Source: Camelus ferus (taxonomy: Eukaryota). From it: a stretch of DNA of 64,000 nucleotides. The stretch lies in assembly GCF_009834535.1 (NCBI RefSeq), contig NC_045701.1:60016001-60080000 (forward strand). The letters are read 5' to 3'. A program made the translations under genes and the position numbers. Under the pieces are notes generated by a model. The model ran no database searches, had not been told where the DNA came from, and saw nothing but the letters and a program-made list of their open reading frames with translations. Positions within the stretch are counted from its first letter, which is position 1, and each line of letters begins with the position of its first letter. This document shows positions 1 through 13,439 of this stretch, piece by piece.

Positions 1-1189
1 TCGGTAGTCTCATGTTCAAGATTGAAGTCTCTTGCTTTGATTTATCATTTGCTTCGTTGGTGGCTTCTGAATTCCTTTCTTGGAATGTTGCTACTCAGGG
101 CCAATGTTGTTAGTATTGCTACGTCATAATTTTATTTGTTGCTACTTCCACATTCTAGCTGACCTGGACTCTAGAAGGTCTCCACCAAAACACCTGTAAA
201 ATTCAGTCTGAATTTAGAAGTGCCACTTGCAAGAGAGCAACCTCAGGCTCATGAGACGCAAATGAAGTTTCCTTTAATCATAGATCTCCTCATACATAAT
301 AAAAACTGGCAGGTGACTCACCAGGGGTGGAAGCCTGGAAAACAACCTGCTGAGGAGGGTAGTCTTTCAGGTAACACATCACCACCCTTTTGAAGCATCC
401 AGAAAACCTGAAGAGCAGGAACTGCCAGTCAGACTGACTGAACGCTTGGCATTCTTTCATGGAAAGATGACAGCTCATCCAGGATGAAAGAAGAAGTGGA
501 GGGGGGCATGAAACAGGAGGGTGACCTGACATTTCCACTGTTTGTAGGCTTCTAGCTCTCGTGCAGTGGTTGTTTGAGCGAGGGGAGGAGTTGGAATCAT
601 GTACTTTACTGTTGATGTCTAAGAGGATGTGTTGTACCATTTTGTCGAGGAGGGGAATTTGTACTCATTTTATCCTTATGTCAGTTCAGCATCCACTGTT
701 TATAATCCCTGCTATTCCCCTCACACTGAGCCCTGGGACTCTACTGATTGTAATTCTAGCATCATTTTAAGAATTGAGACTCTCCTGTGTCAGCTTTTTG
801 TGAAATTTGAGAGCCAAAAGACTTTTTACAGGCTATTTCTGGCTTTGCCACTAATGTGTTTTGAGTGTTAGTTGATTTTTGTCTCAATTTAGAAGCATAA
901 GTAGTAAGAGTCAAAGGACTTAATTGAGTGTTATTTTGGTAATTTATTAAGTGTCATCTTGGGAGATCTTTGGGGAGAAAAGAAAGTTATTTTCCTTAGT
1001 TCTTTGTTACTTTGGGTAGAACCCACCAGGGAGTCAAACAAAGACTACATTAGACATCTGGTGGTGAGGAGGGAGGATGGTGGTTCATCTGAAGACTGAT
1101 CAGTCCCCCAATTCTATAGTATATCTGTGCTTCTACCATCCTTGCCCAGCAGCCCCAAAGCCAGGACTGCCTTCTCCACGCCTGTACTG

Positions 1190-2980
1190 GGGCCACCATG
1201 CTGTGCAGGGAGAACTGAAAGCTGTTGATGCAGGTTGATGCTGTCCATTTCATCCCCCTTCTACTGAATGATTAGTCCAAGCAGTTGGTTCTCCAGAAGG
1301 CCTCTCCACCCCCTCACTCAGATGACCCTACATCTGACTCTAGTCGTCTAGAATGATCTCCACCAATTTCCTGTCCTGATGCCTGCAAAAATGTGGGTAG
1401 TCACCTCATTCTCCCAACCCCTCCTGCTTCCTCCTAGGCTTTACTCTATTAGTCATTGTGCCTTCATCTCTAATTTTCAACCTTTGCATCTTTACTGTCT
1501 CTTTCCCTTTGGCTGTGAAGTGCTCTCAGTGTTTCCTATGTTTGTGTTTCTTGTACCTAAATGAGCTATCTGTCAGATCCAGTGGATGTAATGCACTCTC
1601 TTCTCCTGAAGAGTCTCTGGCTTCTAGAAGGGATGGTCTATGCCTCTGCTTTTCCTGCTGCTTCTCTGTCTTCTGTCTCCTTTGTGGACTTCCCCTCTTT
1701 TATTCAGCCCTTGCTGTTCAGTTCTGGGAGTCATGCTCCTCTATTCTCTACTCTGGCTTCAGGGCTTCATCTGCTCATGGGGTTTTCATCACCATCTATG
1801 TCCCGTGATCCCCTAGTTCTCTGCCTTACACTGCAGCCTGGTGTCCACATCTGCTGTTTACCACATGGATGTCTGAAAGCCTCCTTAATTGTACAGGGGT
1901 TGAATGCACCAACTTTCCTCCTAAAGCTGCCCTTTTCTCCCATCTTCAGAGACTGTGTTGCATGGTGGTGAAGGTTGGCGCTCTGGAATCAGAAAGACCT
2001 GGATTCTGGCACTCCTTATTGTTGGATCTTGAACAAATCATTTCATTCCCAAGCCTCAGTGTCTTTCTTTTTAAAATTGGGATTAAAAAATAGCACCTAT
2101 CTCAGAAGGTTCTTATGAGATAGATTCCAATACATCAGTCTGGTGGCTGGCTCAGAATAAGAATGCAAGAAATACTGGTGGTATTCTATCCTCACTCACT
2201 GAGTCATCCTTAATACCTGTTTTCTTTAGCTCCAAATCCAGCCCATCACCTTGTGTGGCTGATTTCTAATTTCCATTTATTTCCTAGTTCAGGAAATTTC
2301 TGAGTTTCCTCTCCTCTTAATTCTCACTGCTACTGCCTGCATGCAGGCCCTCATTATTGCTCTTCAAGATAAGGCTACAGTCTCCTGCCTTTTTTTTGTT
2401 CCTGCAAGTCCAGTATGCTCCTAGGTGGCCTCTCTCTAATAGGACCACTTCCCTGGTTGAAACCCTCTCATGACTCTCATTATGTGTAAATCAAAGACAG
2501 CCTCCTTACCATGGTATACCTGGCTGTCCCCTGGCTCTTGGTGGCATTTTAGTCTATTTTTTCACCACTCCCTGACTTCAGCTTACTATGTGAACAAAAT
2601 GTCTCTCTGTTCCCTATGCATGCCATGGGGTTTAGACTCTTTATCACCTGTATTATCCACACTACTAAGGAATGCTTCCTTCCCTGCTCTTGCCTTACTA
2701 ATGCCTTCTCATTCTGAGGACTGAGCTCAGTTGCCACCTCCTCCAGGAAGCCTTCCCTGACTCTCCCAGGATAGATAATCTTCCACAGAATCCTGTCATT
2801 CTCTGTACTCATCATTCATTTATCATGTTAAATCATGATCAGTTTATGGTCTTTGCTTCCAACATAAATCCTGACAGGCCGACACTATGTATCATTCAAT
2901 CTGATATAGTTTGTGCCTAACTGAATGCTTGACATGTAATAGGTACTTCTGAAATGTTTGTTAAATGAATGACTGAATTT
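1190..2980 (+). mobile_element. LINE-2 (L2) 3' region, interrupted by a MIR
   Basis: Pyrimidine-rich L2-like text (ctcctccaggaagccttccctgac) ending in the L2 terminus aatgtttgttaaatgaatgactgaat. Boundaries approximate. Confidence 0.7.
1950..2170 (+). mobile_element. MIR SINE nested in L2
   Basis: ctctggaatcagaaagacctgg...cccaagcctcagtgtc...aaaattggga...tagcacctatctcagaagg matches the MIR core. Confidence 0.8.
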
Positions 2981-3499
2981 AAGAACAAGCAAACCTCCAG
3001 TTGACCTTGGTTTTCCTGTTTGTGTGGACTACAGGGGCAGGGCTGGGTATCAGCAGTTCAAGCCTTGGCTGAGCAGCCACAACAGAAGTAGACACCCTGG
3101 TATCTCTTCCTTAGAGACCCTAGTCCTAAGTGACAGTCCTGGAGTGAGACTGTCAACTCAAGAATGTCAGAGCCTGAAACTTATTCCTTTGAAGAATAAA
3201 ATATTTTACATTATTGGCTTATTTTTTTTTCCAGGGGACATGTTAATATTTTAAAAACCTGTGGTAATGTTAACACTTTCTATTTGTATGAGAACTTCCC
3301 TGATGGGAGATAGTGCAGGTGTAAAGGTTTCTGAGTAGTGTTACAACACGCTGGAACTACTTGCCATCGAGGTGGAGGTAGAGAATACGTGTATGCTCTG
3401 AGACAGAACTTCTTTAGAGATGGAATGGACACTGACCTACTTTATAGGCGGCCTGTTTCCTAATGGCTGAACACTGAAATGCTGAGGACATTTTAGAAC

Positions 3500-3702
3500 C
3501 CTGCTGCCCAATTCAGTGGCCATTTGCCACATTTGGCAACTTCCATTTAAACTAAATTGAAATTTTGAAAATTCAGATCCTTAGTCACATTAGCCACATT
3601 TCAAGTTCTCAATAGCCACCTTGTATGGCTAGTGGCTACCATATTGGACATCTCAGATATAGGACATTTCCTGCATTGCAGAAAGTTCTCTTGGACACAC
3701 TG
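3500..3702 (-). mobile_element. MER3/MER33-like hAT-Charlie MITE
   Basis: tagccacatttcaagttctcaatagccac...ggctagtggctaccatattggaca...gcagaaagttctcttggaca. Confidence 0.8.
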
Positions 3703-5054
3703 TTTATGAATGTAAAAGTCTTGATGGATGGTATCAAAACCACCTTACCACAGAGGGAGTTTTGCAGAGCTATGAAATAAGAATTCTTACTGGGAATGCT
3801 GTGTAATTGCCATGTCATTTTATGTTGTTTATATAGCATTATATCACCTTATCATTTGAGCTTGTGTTTATCTTTAGGGACAACAGCATTCAGACACCAA
3901 ATGTTCTATCATCTGTCTGGAAATGTTTTCTTAGACAGCTGAACAGGGAAAATGAGGAATGAGAGTTGATAAACGGAATTATTTTTCTTTGCTTCACATC
4001 ATCAGAAAAACTCAGAGTCTAAATGTGTCCTGGCACTAAATATTTACATTTCTTAAAGAAGGCTGTGTGTGCACATGGGCGTGTAGGTGTTGGATAAAAG
4101 GGAAACAAATGATTTGTCTTGTGGGATAATATAAAAACACTTTAAAAATTAAAAGCAAAATGAAGGCTAGATTGTCTGCTTTCTTTTGTTTACTTCCGCA
4201 TTTGCCTCATCCATTTGGCTTCCAGTGGCCTAAATTAAGAAATTTTAGAAGCAAGCATAGGCTTTGTTGACCTGGAGCCATGCTAGGAAGCCCTAGCTGT
4301 CTTGTGGTGCCATGGAACTCACTGGAATGTTTCATGGTGGAGCAGCAACTTTGTACACTGAATCCCTTGGATACCATACCGTGGACGGATAGGAGGGACA
4401 AGAGTGATCATTCAGAGACAACAAGAGTGGGAGACCCACACAGCTCATCTCACTCACACACAGATTCAGCAACAGCTGCCATGCGCAGAGAAAATGGTAC
4501 GAGCTATTCCATGATTAAAGACCCTGGGAGGCCAGAGCTGACTCCATCTGGACAGCTTTGGAACCCAGTTCAGAGGCTGCAGCAGGTGGGCTCTTTTTTG
4601 GATTATGGAGACCTGTTTGGTTTCATATCAGCACCTTCTTCCCCCAGCCTGTGTAAGACAGTGCCTGGGGATGATATTAGGTTTAACTTTTTCTTGAGAG
4701 GAGGGATGTGAGCTTGAGGGTGAAGGGCACAGAATTTCTACTCTGACCCTTCTCTGCCTTTGTCTTCTTAGGGCGCTCCATTATTGAGGAAGAAAATAGA
4801 GGGCCTCTAAGTTGGAGTAGCATGTGGAAAGGTTTGTAAGAGTGTAGAGTGAAGGGTTTTGATCCTAGATAATAATCACAGTGGTTGTAGTGCAGGCAAA
4901 GTGGGCTCCGGCCCCACGTTACAAGTGTATTTTACCAATGAGCTTTTATTTAGCAGTGGAACATTGGAATTTCAGAGTTAATTATTTGTTCATGGCTTTT
5001 GTAAAATCTTCAACTTTGTCTTCTTTAATCACAGTGGGGCTTATTTTATACCCT

Positions 5055-5200
5055 TAGCCTAGTGTTACGAACGTAGGTTTTGGAGGAGATAGACAGGGGA
5101 TGGAAATCCATGGTCACTGTTTGGACAAGTTATTTAAATATCTGAGCCTTAAATTTTACAACCTATAAAATGGGAATAATAATGCTTACCTCACAGACAA
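5055..5200 (+). mobile_element. MIR fragment
   Basis: ttggacaagttatttaaatatctgagcctt...tataaaatgggaataataatgcttacctcacag. Confidence 0.75.
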
Positions 5201-5869
5201 GAGAAGGACATCTTCATGTGTGGAATAAAAAATTAAGTCAGGTTGACTCATTTTCAGAAAGGCCTTTGGACATTAATAAACATGCCGTATTTCTTGTTGT
5301 ATTTTATGATTGGTCATTTTTTTGAGTTTTACCACATGTATCCATTTAGTGTTATAAAATTATAAGGAGAAAGGGCTCTTGATGAAATCAATCTCAGAAT
5401 CTGCTGCTGTTAGAGTTAATCAGAAAATAAAATTGAATGTGATCAAAGGATCTGTTCCTTTTAAGACAAAACATTGTGTTATTTCAAGGAAAACAAAGGA
5501 GTCAGGAGACATGAGAAAACTAGGAAATTCAAAGAATATTCATTAAAAAAAACCCTTGATTATTTGAACTTTGGAGTAATATCATTGTTCACTGATTTCA
5601 ATCCAGCCTAAGAGAAAAAAAAAGAATCCAACTTAACTTCCAGAGAGTTTCTGAGGACAGACTACTCAGTTTTGAGTGATCATGTATATTATTACAGACT
5701 TGCAAAAGTCAGGTTTCATGTGACTGTGACACAGAGGAGGTGGAATAATCAAGTGTTCCTCCTCCCATGAACACTATGCAGTGATCATCACGGAAGGAAA
5801 CGAAGTTCCCTTTCCTTAATGGCCTGGGCTGCTTGAGGCAGCATTACTGAAGGTGTGTTTTGTTGAAGC

Positions 5870-7790
5870 CACAACATGTGTTGATGGCTCTCTTTGCACC
5901 CAATACTGGGCTAATCTCTGGAGGTACAAGAATAGGTAAAATACAGTCCCAGCCTTGGAGATGCATATCATGTGGAAGGGAATGTGGACATGAGCACAGG
6001 CAATGTCAGTATCAAATGATGAGCACCAATACAGGGAGCTGGGAGACCACAGAAGACAGCTCCTTACCCTGTGTGAGAAGAGCAAAGGTCAGGAGTAGGC
6101 TTCCTGGAGAAGTCACCTGAACTGAGTCTTGAGTGATGAGTAGGACTTAGATGATGAATGGGCAGGAGAGAAGGGCATTGTCTGTAGGCTAAGGGAATAG
6201 CATGAGTGTTAATGCATTAAACAGCCTGTTTATACTGGTAAGTGCAAGGCTTTCAATGTTGACCAAGTATAAAGCAGGGGGTTGGGGGTCAAGGGCTTTC
6301 AGGGGAGTAGTGTGGTTGAGGGCCAGACCATGAATAGCCAGGCATTCTATGTGAGGGCTTAGGGTATATGCTTTAGCTGATGGGGAACCACTGAAGAATT
6401 TTAACCAGATTTGCCTTTTAGATGGGTTGCCATGGCAGCTCGGTGGCTCACAGATTTAAGGCTGAATGGCTGGAAGCTATCATGGTAGGCCAGATGAGAG
6501 AGGATCAGCCATGCCAAAAAGGGCTGGAGAGAAGACAGTTTTGAGAAGGTCCCATGATGAGAAGTTTGTAACTTGGATCGCTTGGCTATTGGGAGTGAAT
6601 GAGATGGAGGAGACCAGAATGACTCCTAAAGTTCCGGTGTCATTATGGATCTAGGGAATGTAGGAGAAAGAATTGATGTGGTAGCCAAGGTGATATACTG
6701 ATTTTAAAGGGGGTGGCAAGGGATAAATTTGAGAGTTTGAGATTTGCAAATGATAGCCACTATATATAAAAATAGATAAAAAAATGAATTTCTTCTGTAT
6801 AGCGCAGGGAACTAAATTCAGTATCTTGTAATAACCTTTAATGAAAAAGAATATAAGAATGTATGTATACATATGCATAACTGGGACATTATGCTGTACA
6901 CCAGAAATTGACACATTGTAACTGACTATACTTCAATAAAAAAAGAAAATAATAAAGTATCTACCAGCCAACTGAATGTGGGTCTGAAGCTCTGGGAGGG
7001 TGGGTAGCTGGAGACAGGGACCTGGGAGTCACCCAAATAGAGGTGGACATTAGAATCAGATGAGTATTTTGATGCTCAAAGAGAACACAGAATGAAAAAG
7101 GTAGAGGGCAGAGGATGAAGCCCTGCAGAATAGCAGACAGAAGTGGAGGGATGGATGAAAGGAGGCATTCCTAGAAAAGACTGAGAAGAATGAGTCTGAA
7201 GATAGAATCTGTGTTTATCGTAGACGCAGGGAGGGGGAGACTTTGAGGAGGCTTGTGGTTGAGACAGCGAACCCTAGGTCACCCCAAGTATTTGATGAGG
7301 TAGTAGTCAAGGTGGAGTGGGTTTGGGAGTTTGAAGAGAAAGGAACATTCCAGTCAGAAGAAAATGGGAAGTGAGTTGATCAATGAAGAGTGAATGAAAT
7401 GTGAAGAGGTGCTGAGGCCTGAGATGAGAGACTCTTACCTTCACTGGCCCCATACATGGGGCTCCTCAGCCTGTATGCAGAAGCAGAGGCAGCAGATGAT
7501 GAGATTGGTCCAGGGTGGGGTTTTGCCAGTCAGAGTGGCAGAGGAGCAAGGTGTGAGGACATGGGGGTGCTGGCAAGAATCGGGAAGGAAATGTGGCCCA
7601 GAGGGGGTCTCAGAGGTTGGAAGGACACAGCTCGTGGCCTTGGAGGGCTCTGTGTGGTCAAAGGACAATTGTAGCGGGAGCAGGCAGCGGGCCGTAGGGT
7701 GGTGCAGATTTCAGGACAGAGCAGTTGCAGGTTGTGATCATGGGAGTGGGTGGCAGAAGTAGCCTGGCATAGAAGTAGCTGAGTGGAGGA
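5870..7790 (-). mobile_element. L2 element (antisense), interrupted by an L1 3' end
   Basis: Purine-rich L2 reverse-strand text (ggcttcctggagaag...gagtaggac...gaagggcatt; ggggaaccactgaagaatttt; ggtctgaagctctggg). Boundaries approximate. Confidence 0.7.
6709..6956 (+). mobile_element. 5'-truncated cetartiodactyl L1 3' end with A-rich tail
   Basis: gggataaatttgagagtttgagatt...tgtatagcgcagggaact...gctgtacaccagaaattgacacattgtaactgactatacttcaataaaaaaag. No clear TSD. Confidence 0.88.
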
Positions 7791-8464
7791 CAGACCCTGA
7801 GGAAAACTCTAGAAACAGGACTTTGATTCCACTTGGACAGGCTTGTAGGATTCACTCTGAATTACAGAATAAAAATGTATAGAATAAAAAAGTGTATTGG
7901 TGTTTAAGCACACGATAGATAGGTGTGTGTCCAAAATATTGTGAGCAGTCTGGCTAGATGTGGGGGCATCTCACCTTTGTATCTCTGAAGACACTTGTTG
8001 GGATTCTGCTGTCATTTATTCAAGGTGTGGAAACCAGTCTGGGTTTGTGACTCTTTAAGGACGAAAATAAGAAAGCTTCAACGATGAATATAATTTATGA
8101 TAAGACTTTGTATGTATATATACTTTTCAAAGTTGTTTCAATGTTTGCTATTCAGTTTAGTTTGGTGGTTCTGGGTAATCTATTAAAAGTCAAGTTTTAG
8201 TGTGTTACTTTCTGCAGAGAGGGTTGAAAAAGAGTACATAACCCGCATATTTCACTGAGTAAGAGAATGGGTTATTAACAAAAATAACTGAAAGCTCTAA
8301 ATTTAAGTCTTTTCCTCATGCTAAGGAAGGCAATAGATTGATGCTGAATTATATGTGCTTCTATGAAATCCCCCCTGAAGTCTCATTTGTAACTTTCTGT
8401 GTTTCTGTATTTGGTATTTTTTTTAACTGCAGGTATGTCTTCTAAGATGAGAAAAAATAGAAAT

Positions 8465-8760
8465 AAATCACATTAGTGTGTATTTTCTGGTCTCCTACCA
8501 TGTGCTGAGTGGTGGGAGAATGTGAAGATGCAAAAGACTTGCTTTTTGCATCCCAAGAGCTTCAAGTTTAGTTGAAGAAAGAAGACGTAAACACAGGAAA
8601 AGTTAGATAATTATGCAGGATGTAAATAGCAAGGCGTGACATGACTAATGGACAGAGGCATTGTTCAGGCAGCAGCTCCACAGGAGGTCAGGAGAAAGGC
8701 CATTTCTGGCAGTGACGGCAAAGGAAGGGGTGTAGTGACAAAAAATGAAGGGAAAGAAGG
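8465..8760 (-). mobile_element. L2 3' fragment
   Basis: ctcctaccatgtgctgagtggtgggagaatgtgaagatgcaaaagac...caagagcttcaagtttag resembles the reverse L2 terminus. Confidence 0.55.
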
Positions 8761-9974
8761 AAGGAGTTAAGTAGAGGGACTGAAACTTGGGAGTTACGAA
8801 GCCTTGTTCCACAGCTTCTGCTTTACCTTTTGCCTCGATTTCCCAATCTGTAAAGGGAATGATGGTGTGCCGCCTCCCAGACAGTCAGAAGGTGAGACGG
8901 TGATTGCAAAGGTCTTTGCAAATAAGCCTGGTCCTTCTGTCACATGTATGAGTACAAACTGCACACCTTTGGAAAGTACATGAAGTTTTAGTTATTAGGG
9001 TCTCATTTCTGTTGTTCTTGAGAAAAGATAGGAATTCATAAGCCAAACAGGAGAGGAGCCAGATTCCAATTTAGGAAAGTAATTTGTGATTCACTTGTTC
9101 ACCCGGCATCCTTAAATAAGTCAGTGGAAGTTGCAGGTTGGCTAGTGACCACTTTGGGTGACCCTTGGCCCCCAGCATTTTGGAGACCATGGCCTCAGAT
9201 TTCATGAGCTTTCTGGATACAAGGACATGAGTGTTAGTCACTTCAACTTTGTTCTTAATCGCTTTGGGGATGTGAATGGTGTTCATTAGGCAAGGAAGCT
9301 TGTACCCAGACTGTAACAAATGTGGACCCTTCTTGTACAACCAGTGATCCTTTATCTCTGTATTCCAGGTTTATGCAAATATTTATACTTGCCTCAATTG
9401 CCAAAGACTTTGAGGCATTCAGGGCTCCTGGGATCTTAGTGTAGTGGGGATGAAAACTGGACCTTAGAACTTTAACCTTAAATCCACTGAGAGTACTTCT
9501 CTGTCTAGGGAGGTGGGGCCTTCTGCTGTGGTCTTCCCTTCTCTAAGGCAGCAGTAGTGAGATGGACTAGAAGTGAAATTTCAGAGAGAAATATTTTGAG
9601 TAGGGAATTCTCTTATCTTCGGTGCCTCCACTTGCTTACATGTTTTGTTGTTCCACTCCTTCGCTGCTTCTGGAACTGGTGACCCAACGGTCCTCAGTGT
9701 GATTTTTTTCTTGCTTTGGCTGATTGGGGACCTAGAGCTAAGAGAAGGCAGGAGGTGTGACAGGAAACTATGCTGAAGAACAATGGGAAAGAGGAGGGGC
9801 AGGAAGATGAAGAAAGCATGCATGACAGACACAGGGAGGGGTCGGGTCAGCTCATAGTTCTCAAAGTGACGTCTGCCCCTTCCCCAGTCTAAATGTCCAC
9901 ACCTGACTCAACGTCCTCAGAGGACACGCACCCAGAAAAACAAATAGGAGATGGCGCGACTCTAGTATTGCATA

Positions 9975-9999
9975 TGTGTGTGTGTGTGTGTGTGTGTGT
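9975..9999. repeat. (TG)12 microsatellite
   Basis: Directly visible perfect TG run. Confidence 0.95.
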
Positions 10000-11379
10000 C
10001 AGAGGTCGGCCCTGATGTAACTGCCTCTGAGGTCACTGTGGGTGAGGTTACTTGTAAGAGGCCCCACATGCCCGAGCCACCCCGTGGTGCTGCTCTCCTC
10101 CCATGATTTCCCGATTTCCAGCACCCACCTTAGTGCCTGGCACACAGGAGGTGCTCAGGAAATGTCTGCTGGGTGAATGGGTGCTACCTCTGACCTTTGC
10201 CGGAGGTTCTGTGACGTGGAGTAATTCTACAAAGAGCAAGAGGGCCCAGGGTGGATTTGTGTCCTGCTTGTGACTTTCTTGTAACAACTGCAAGTAACGC
10301 GTTACCCAGAGAGACTACGGGCTCTTACCTGGCACTCCTCCGAGGAGCCTCCAGGCATCTGAGGGCCTCCTGAATAGGATGCAAGGTTACGATTTTCTAG
10401 GGAGAGAGCCAGGGAGGTCTAAGACCCCACCTGGCTGAGGGGCAGTGCTTTGACCCAGCCTGACCCTCCCATGGGCATTCCAGTACCTTCTAGTTCCACA
10501 TCTAGTTCCTAACACAGCCCACCTTTTGCCTCTCATTATGGGGGGGAGAAAAAGGAGAAATCGTGCCTCCAAGATGATCTTCCTTTGAGGTCCGTGTGTG
10601 TCTGGACAGGGAAGAAGGCCTCCTGCTGATGGCCGTCTGCCTAATGCCTGAGACGGAGAGGCTCCTCTAGACCGATTTGTAAGGAGCACCTTTAAAGGCA
10701 GAACCGACTTTATGGAGCCTTGCTCAGCAGACACACAGATGTTTATGAAGTAACAAAGGAGGAGAAACTAGGCCAGAGGTCAGAGGACTTAACGTTGATG
10801 TGCCCTTTGGCAACTCATGTAAGTAACTCTCCTGCAGGTATTTTCCATCTGTAAAACTCGGGCTGGGACTGATCATCTCCTGACTGGAGCTGACAAGGTC
10901 AGTGTGCCATGGAGGTCTGAACGTTCTTGCAATGAAAAAAAAATGTAAAATAGAAAGATGTTTGATTATACATGGCGATCCCCCCTCCCTTTCTGCCCAG
11001 TAAATTCATTAAAATTTTTGCAGCCTTTGAAATGATGCATTGGATATAGGCATCCAAAGCACAGCTGATAATAATTGGTACTTATGGGGAATTGCTTGAA
11101 GGCTATTCAGCCATGCATTCATGTAGTCACTGCTCATTTATTCAGAAAAATGTGTAGAAGTCTATCTAATGTGTGTCAGGCCATGGAAACATTTCAGCCC
11201 ATGCTTCCTCTCAACACCCGCACTGCATACTTGGCCACATGGCTTGGGTTTTGTAAATCAGCTTTAGAAGAATGCTGCTAGAATTTGCTGCACGAACTGC
11301 ACCGTGAATTTATTGTTGGGATATTTCTGAGCAGGTGTGTAACCACTTTCAGTGCATCCTATATGAAGATGTACTGAAG

Positions 11380-11553
11380 CAGTGGTTCTTAAACATTAGA
11401 CTGCGTCAGTATCGCCTGGAGGGCTTGTTAAACCACAGATTGCTAGGCCCACCCCCAGAGTTTACGATTCACAGCTTAACTATTGGCAGTTTTAAGGAAT
11501 GTCCGGGTGATTCTGATGTGGCTGGTCTGGGGACCACACTTAGAGAACCACTG
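11380..11553. mobile_element. MER5A-like hAT-Charlie MITE with terminal inverted repeats
   Basis: Starts cagtggttct and ends agaaccactg (10-bp TIRs); internal gattctgatgtggctggtctggggaccacact. Confidence 0.9.
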
Positions 11554-11929
11554 CATTCGAGATACTTCTTTAAACCTAACTAAGGGCTTTGGAAGCTCTG
11601 TCCTCCTGAGGGATTGGAGTGGTTTGATTATGGTTAATGTGACACATGTTTGTGATATTTGATTCCTTTTTTTGCTTTACTTCAGAAATTTGGATTCAAA
11701 TATTTAGTTCAACTTTAATAAAAGTTAAACTGTTCACATTTAATCTTGGCCCTGGCCTTGATCTCCTATTTCATTTTCCCCATTCTGATTGGTTTGACCT
11801 GTTTATATTTTGCAGTTTTATTATATAACTTCCTGTAAACTGACTCTGTTTTGTGGAATATAGTATATATTGGTAAAAACGATAGCAGTCACTGTTCTTT
11901 TCTTGGGCTTTTGACTTTCAAATCAGCTA

Positions 11930-12287
11930 TAAAATATTATGTTTTTATTTATCTTTTATAAGCTATTGGGAAATTTTTCTTTTTTTAACATTTTTTATTG
12001 ATTTATAATCATTTTACAATGTTGTGTCAAATTCCAGTGTTCAGCACAATTTTTTAGTCATACATGGACATACACACACTCATTGTCACATTTTTTTCTC
12101 TGTGAGCTACCATAACGTTTTGTGTATATTTCCCTGTGCTGTACAGTATAATCTTGTTTATCTGTTCTACAATTTTGAAATCCCAGTCTATCCCTTCCCA
12201 CCCTCCGCCCCCCTGGCAACCACAAGTCTGTATTCTCTGTCTATGAGTCTATTTCTGTCCTGTATTTACACTAAAATATTATGTTTT
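11930..12287 (-). mobile_element. Young camelid L1 3' end (about 300 bp) bounded by a 16-bp TSD
   Basis: L1 terminus ttttttaacattttttattgatttataatc...cccctggcaaccacaagtctg. TSD taaaatattatgtttt at 11930-11945 and 12272-12287. TT|AAAA endonuclease site on the minus strand. Confidence 0.93.
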
Positions 12288-13439
12288 AACTGTTCAGTGT
12301 ATTAGCTATGGGAGTCGGTTCTCCAGAAAGGTTGAATTATTAACAGCAACTAACCCAAGTGGACTGCAAATAAAAAACTGGGTAGGTGGGTGAGAAAGTT
12401 CCCAGTAAAAATATATGGAGCTTTTTTTTAAACAATTGGCACATAGATAATATGATGTAATATGTATGATATAGATATAAGCAGAAATCTACATTTTCTG
12501 AGAACCTTACTATATAAAAGCAAACTGTACAGTTTCTCAGGTTGTGGGACGAGCAGAGAAGGGATGGAGTGGTGAGAACAGAGAAGGTAGGACTAATTAC
12601 AGTGGTTGCCAAGCTTCAGCGGGCGTCTGAGTCCATTGCCTTAGGAGTTGGTTACCTGGGATGCTGGTTGACCAGGCCTGGGCTTGGGGCCTGCATTTGT
12701 ATTAAGTCCATCAGGAGATTCTGGCTCAGGGTGGTGGGGTGGGGCACCTGGGAGAAGTCTTGCAGCTTTTGCCCCTTTAACCCTGGGGAGAAAAATGAAA
12801 AGTGAGGGTGTCTTGGAAACCTGTTCCCAAGTCTGTTTATTTATTTTTATTATTATTTTTTGGCGGAGGATGAGGTTCAGATTTTCTGCAACTCTTTGTG
12901 AAATCAGACAGTGCAAAGGGCATGACATCATTTGAATTGCACAGCCTTGGCTTTCCCCCAGAAGTACTCATTATGCTTGATGCCAGCTGGAAGCAGTATG
13001 TAGCTGATTTCTCTCTGTCTCTCTTACTACTTTTAGTTTAAGGGAAAATACTTCACCAGTAGGTTGTCTGAAAACAATTTGGAGAAAGGGAATGAGTGGG
13101 AGTACTAAAAAAAAAAAAAAAAAAGTCTTGGGGTTCTCACCGAGGGTCTTCCCCAGGAGAGTGGAAGAACACTAAACGCTGCAGTATGAAAACTGGCTCA
13201 GACTGGGGTGTGCTGACCCCGCGCAGGATGGGGAAAGTTGGCAATTGGGACAACCTAGCATTAGTATGGTCATGCTGCCTACACGATCAAAAAAGCTCAG
13301 GTCGCCTCCTGCACTGCCGCCTCCGGCTGGCTTTTCATCCATATTTTTCACCTGTAGTACTGTTACTAATTCAGATTTTAATTTCTCTAAGGGTTACCTG
13401 GATATAGGGCTCCACGGAGGCAGGTTTTATTTAAAAGCT

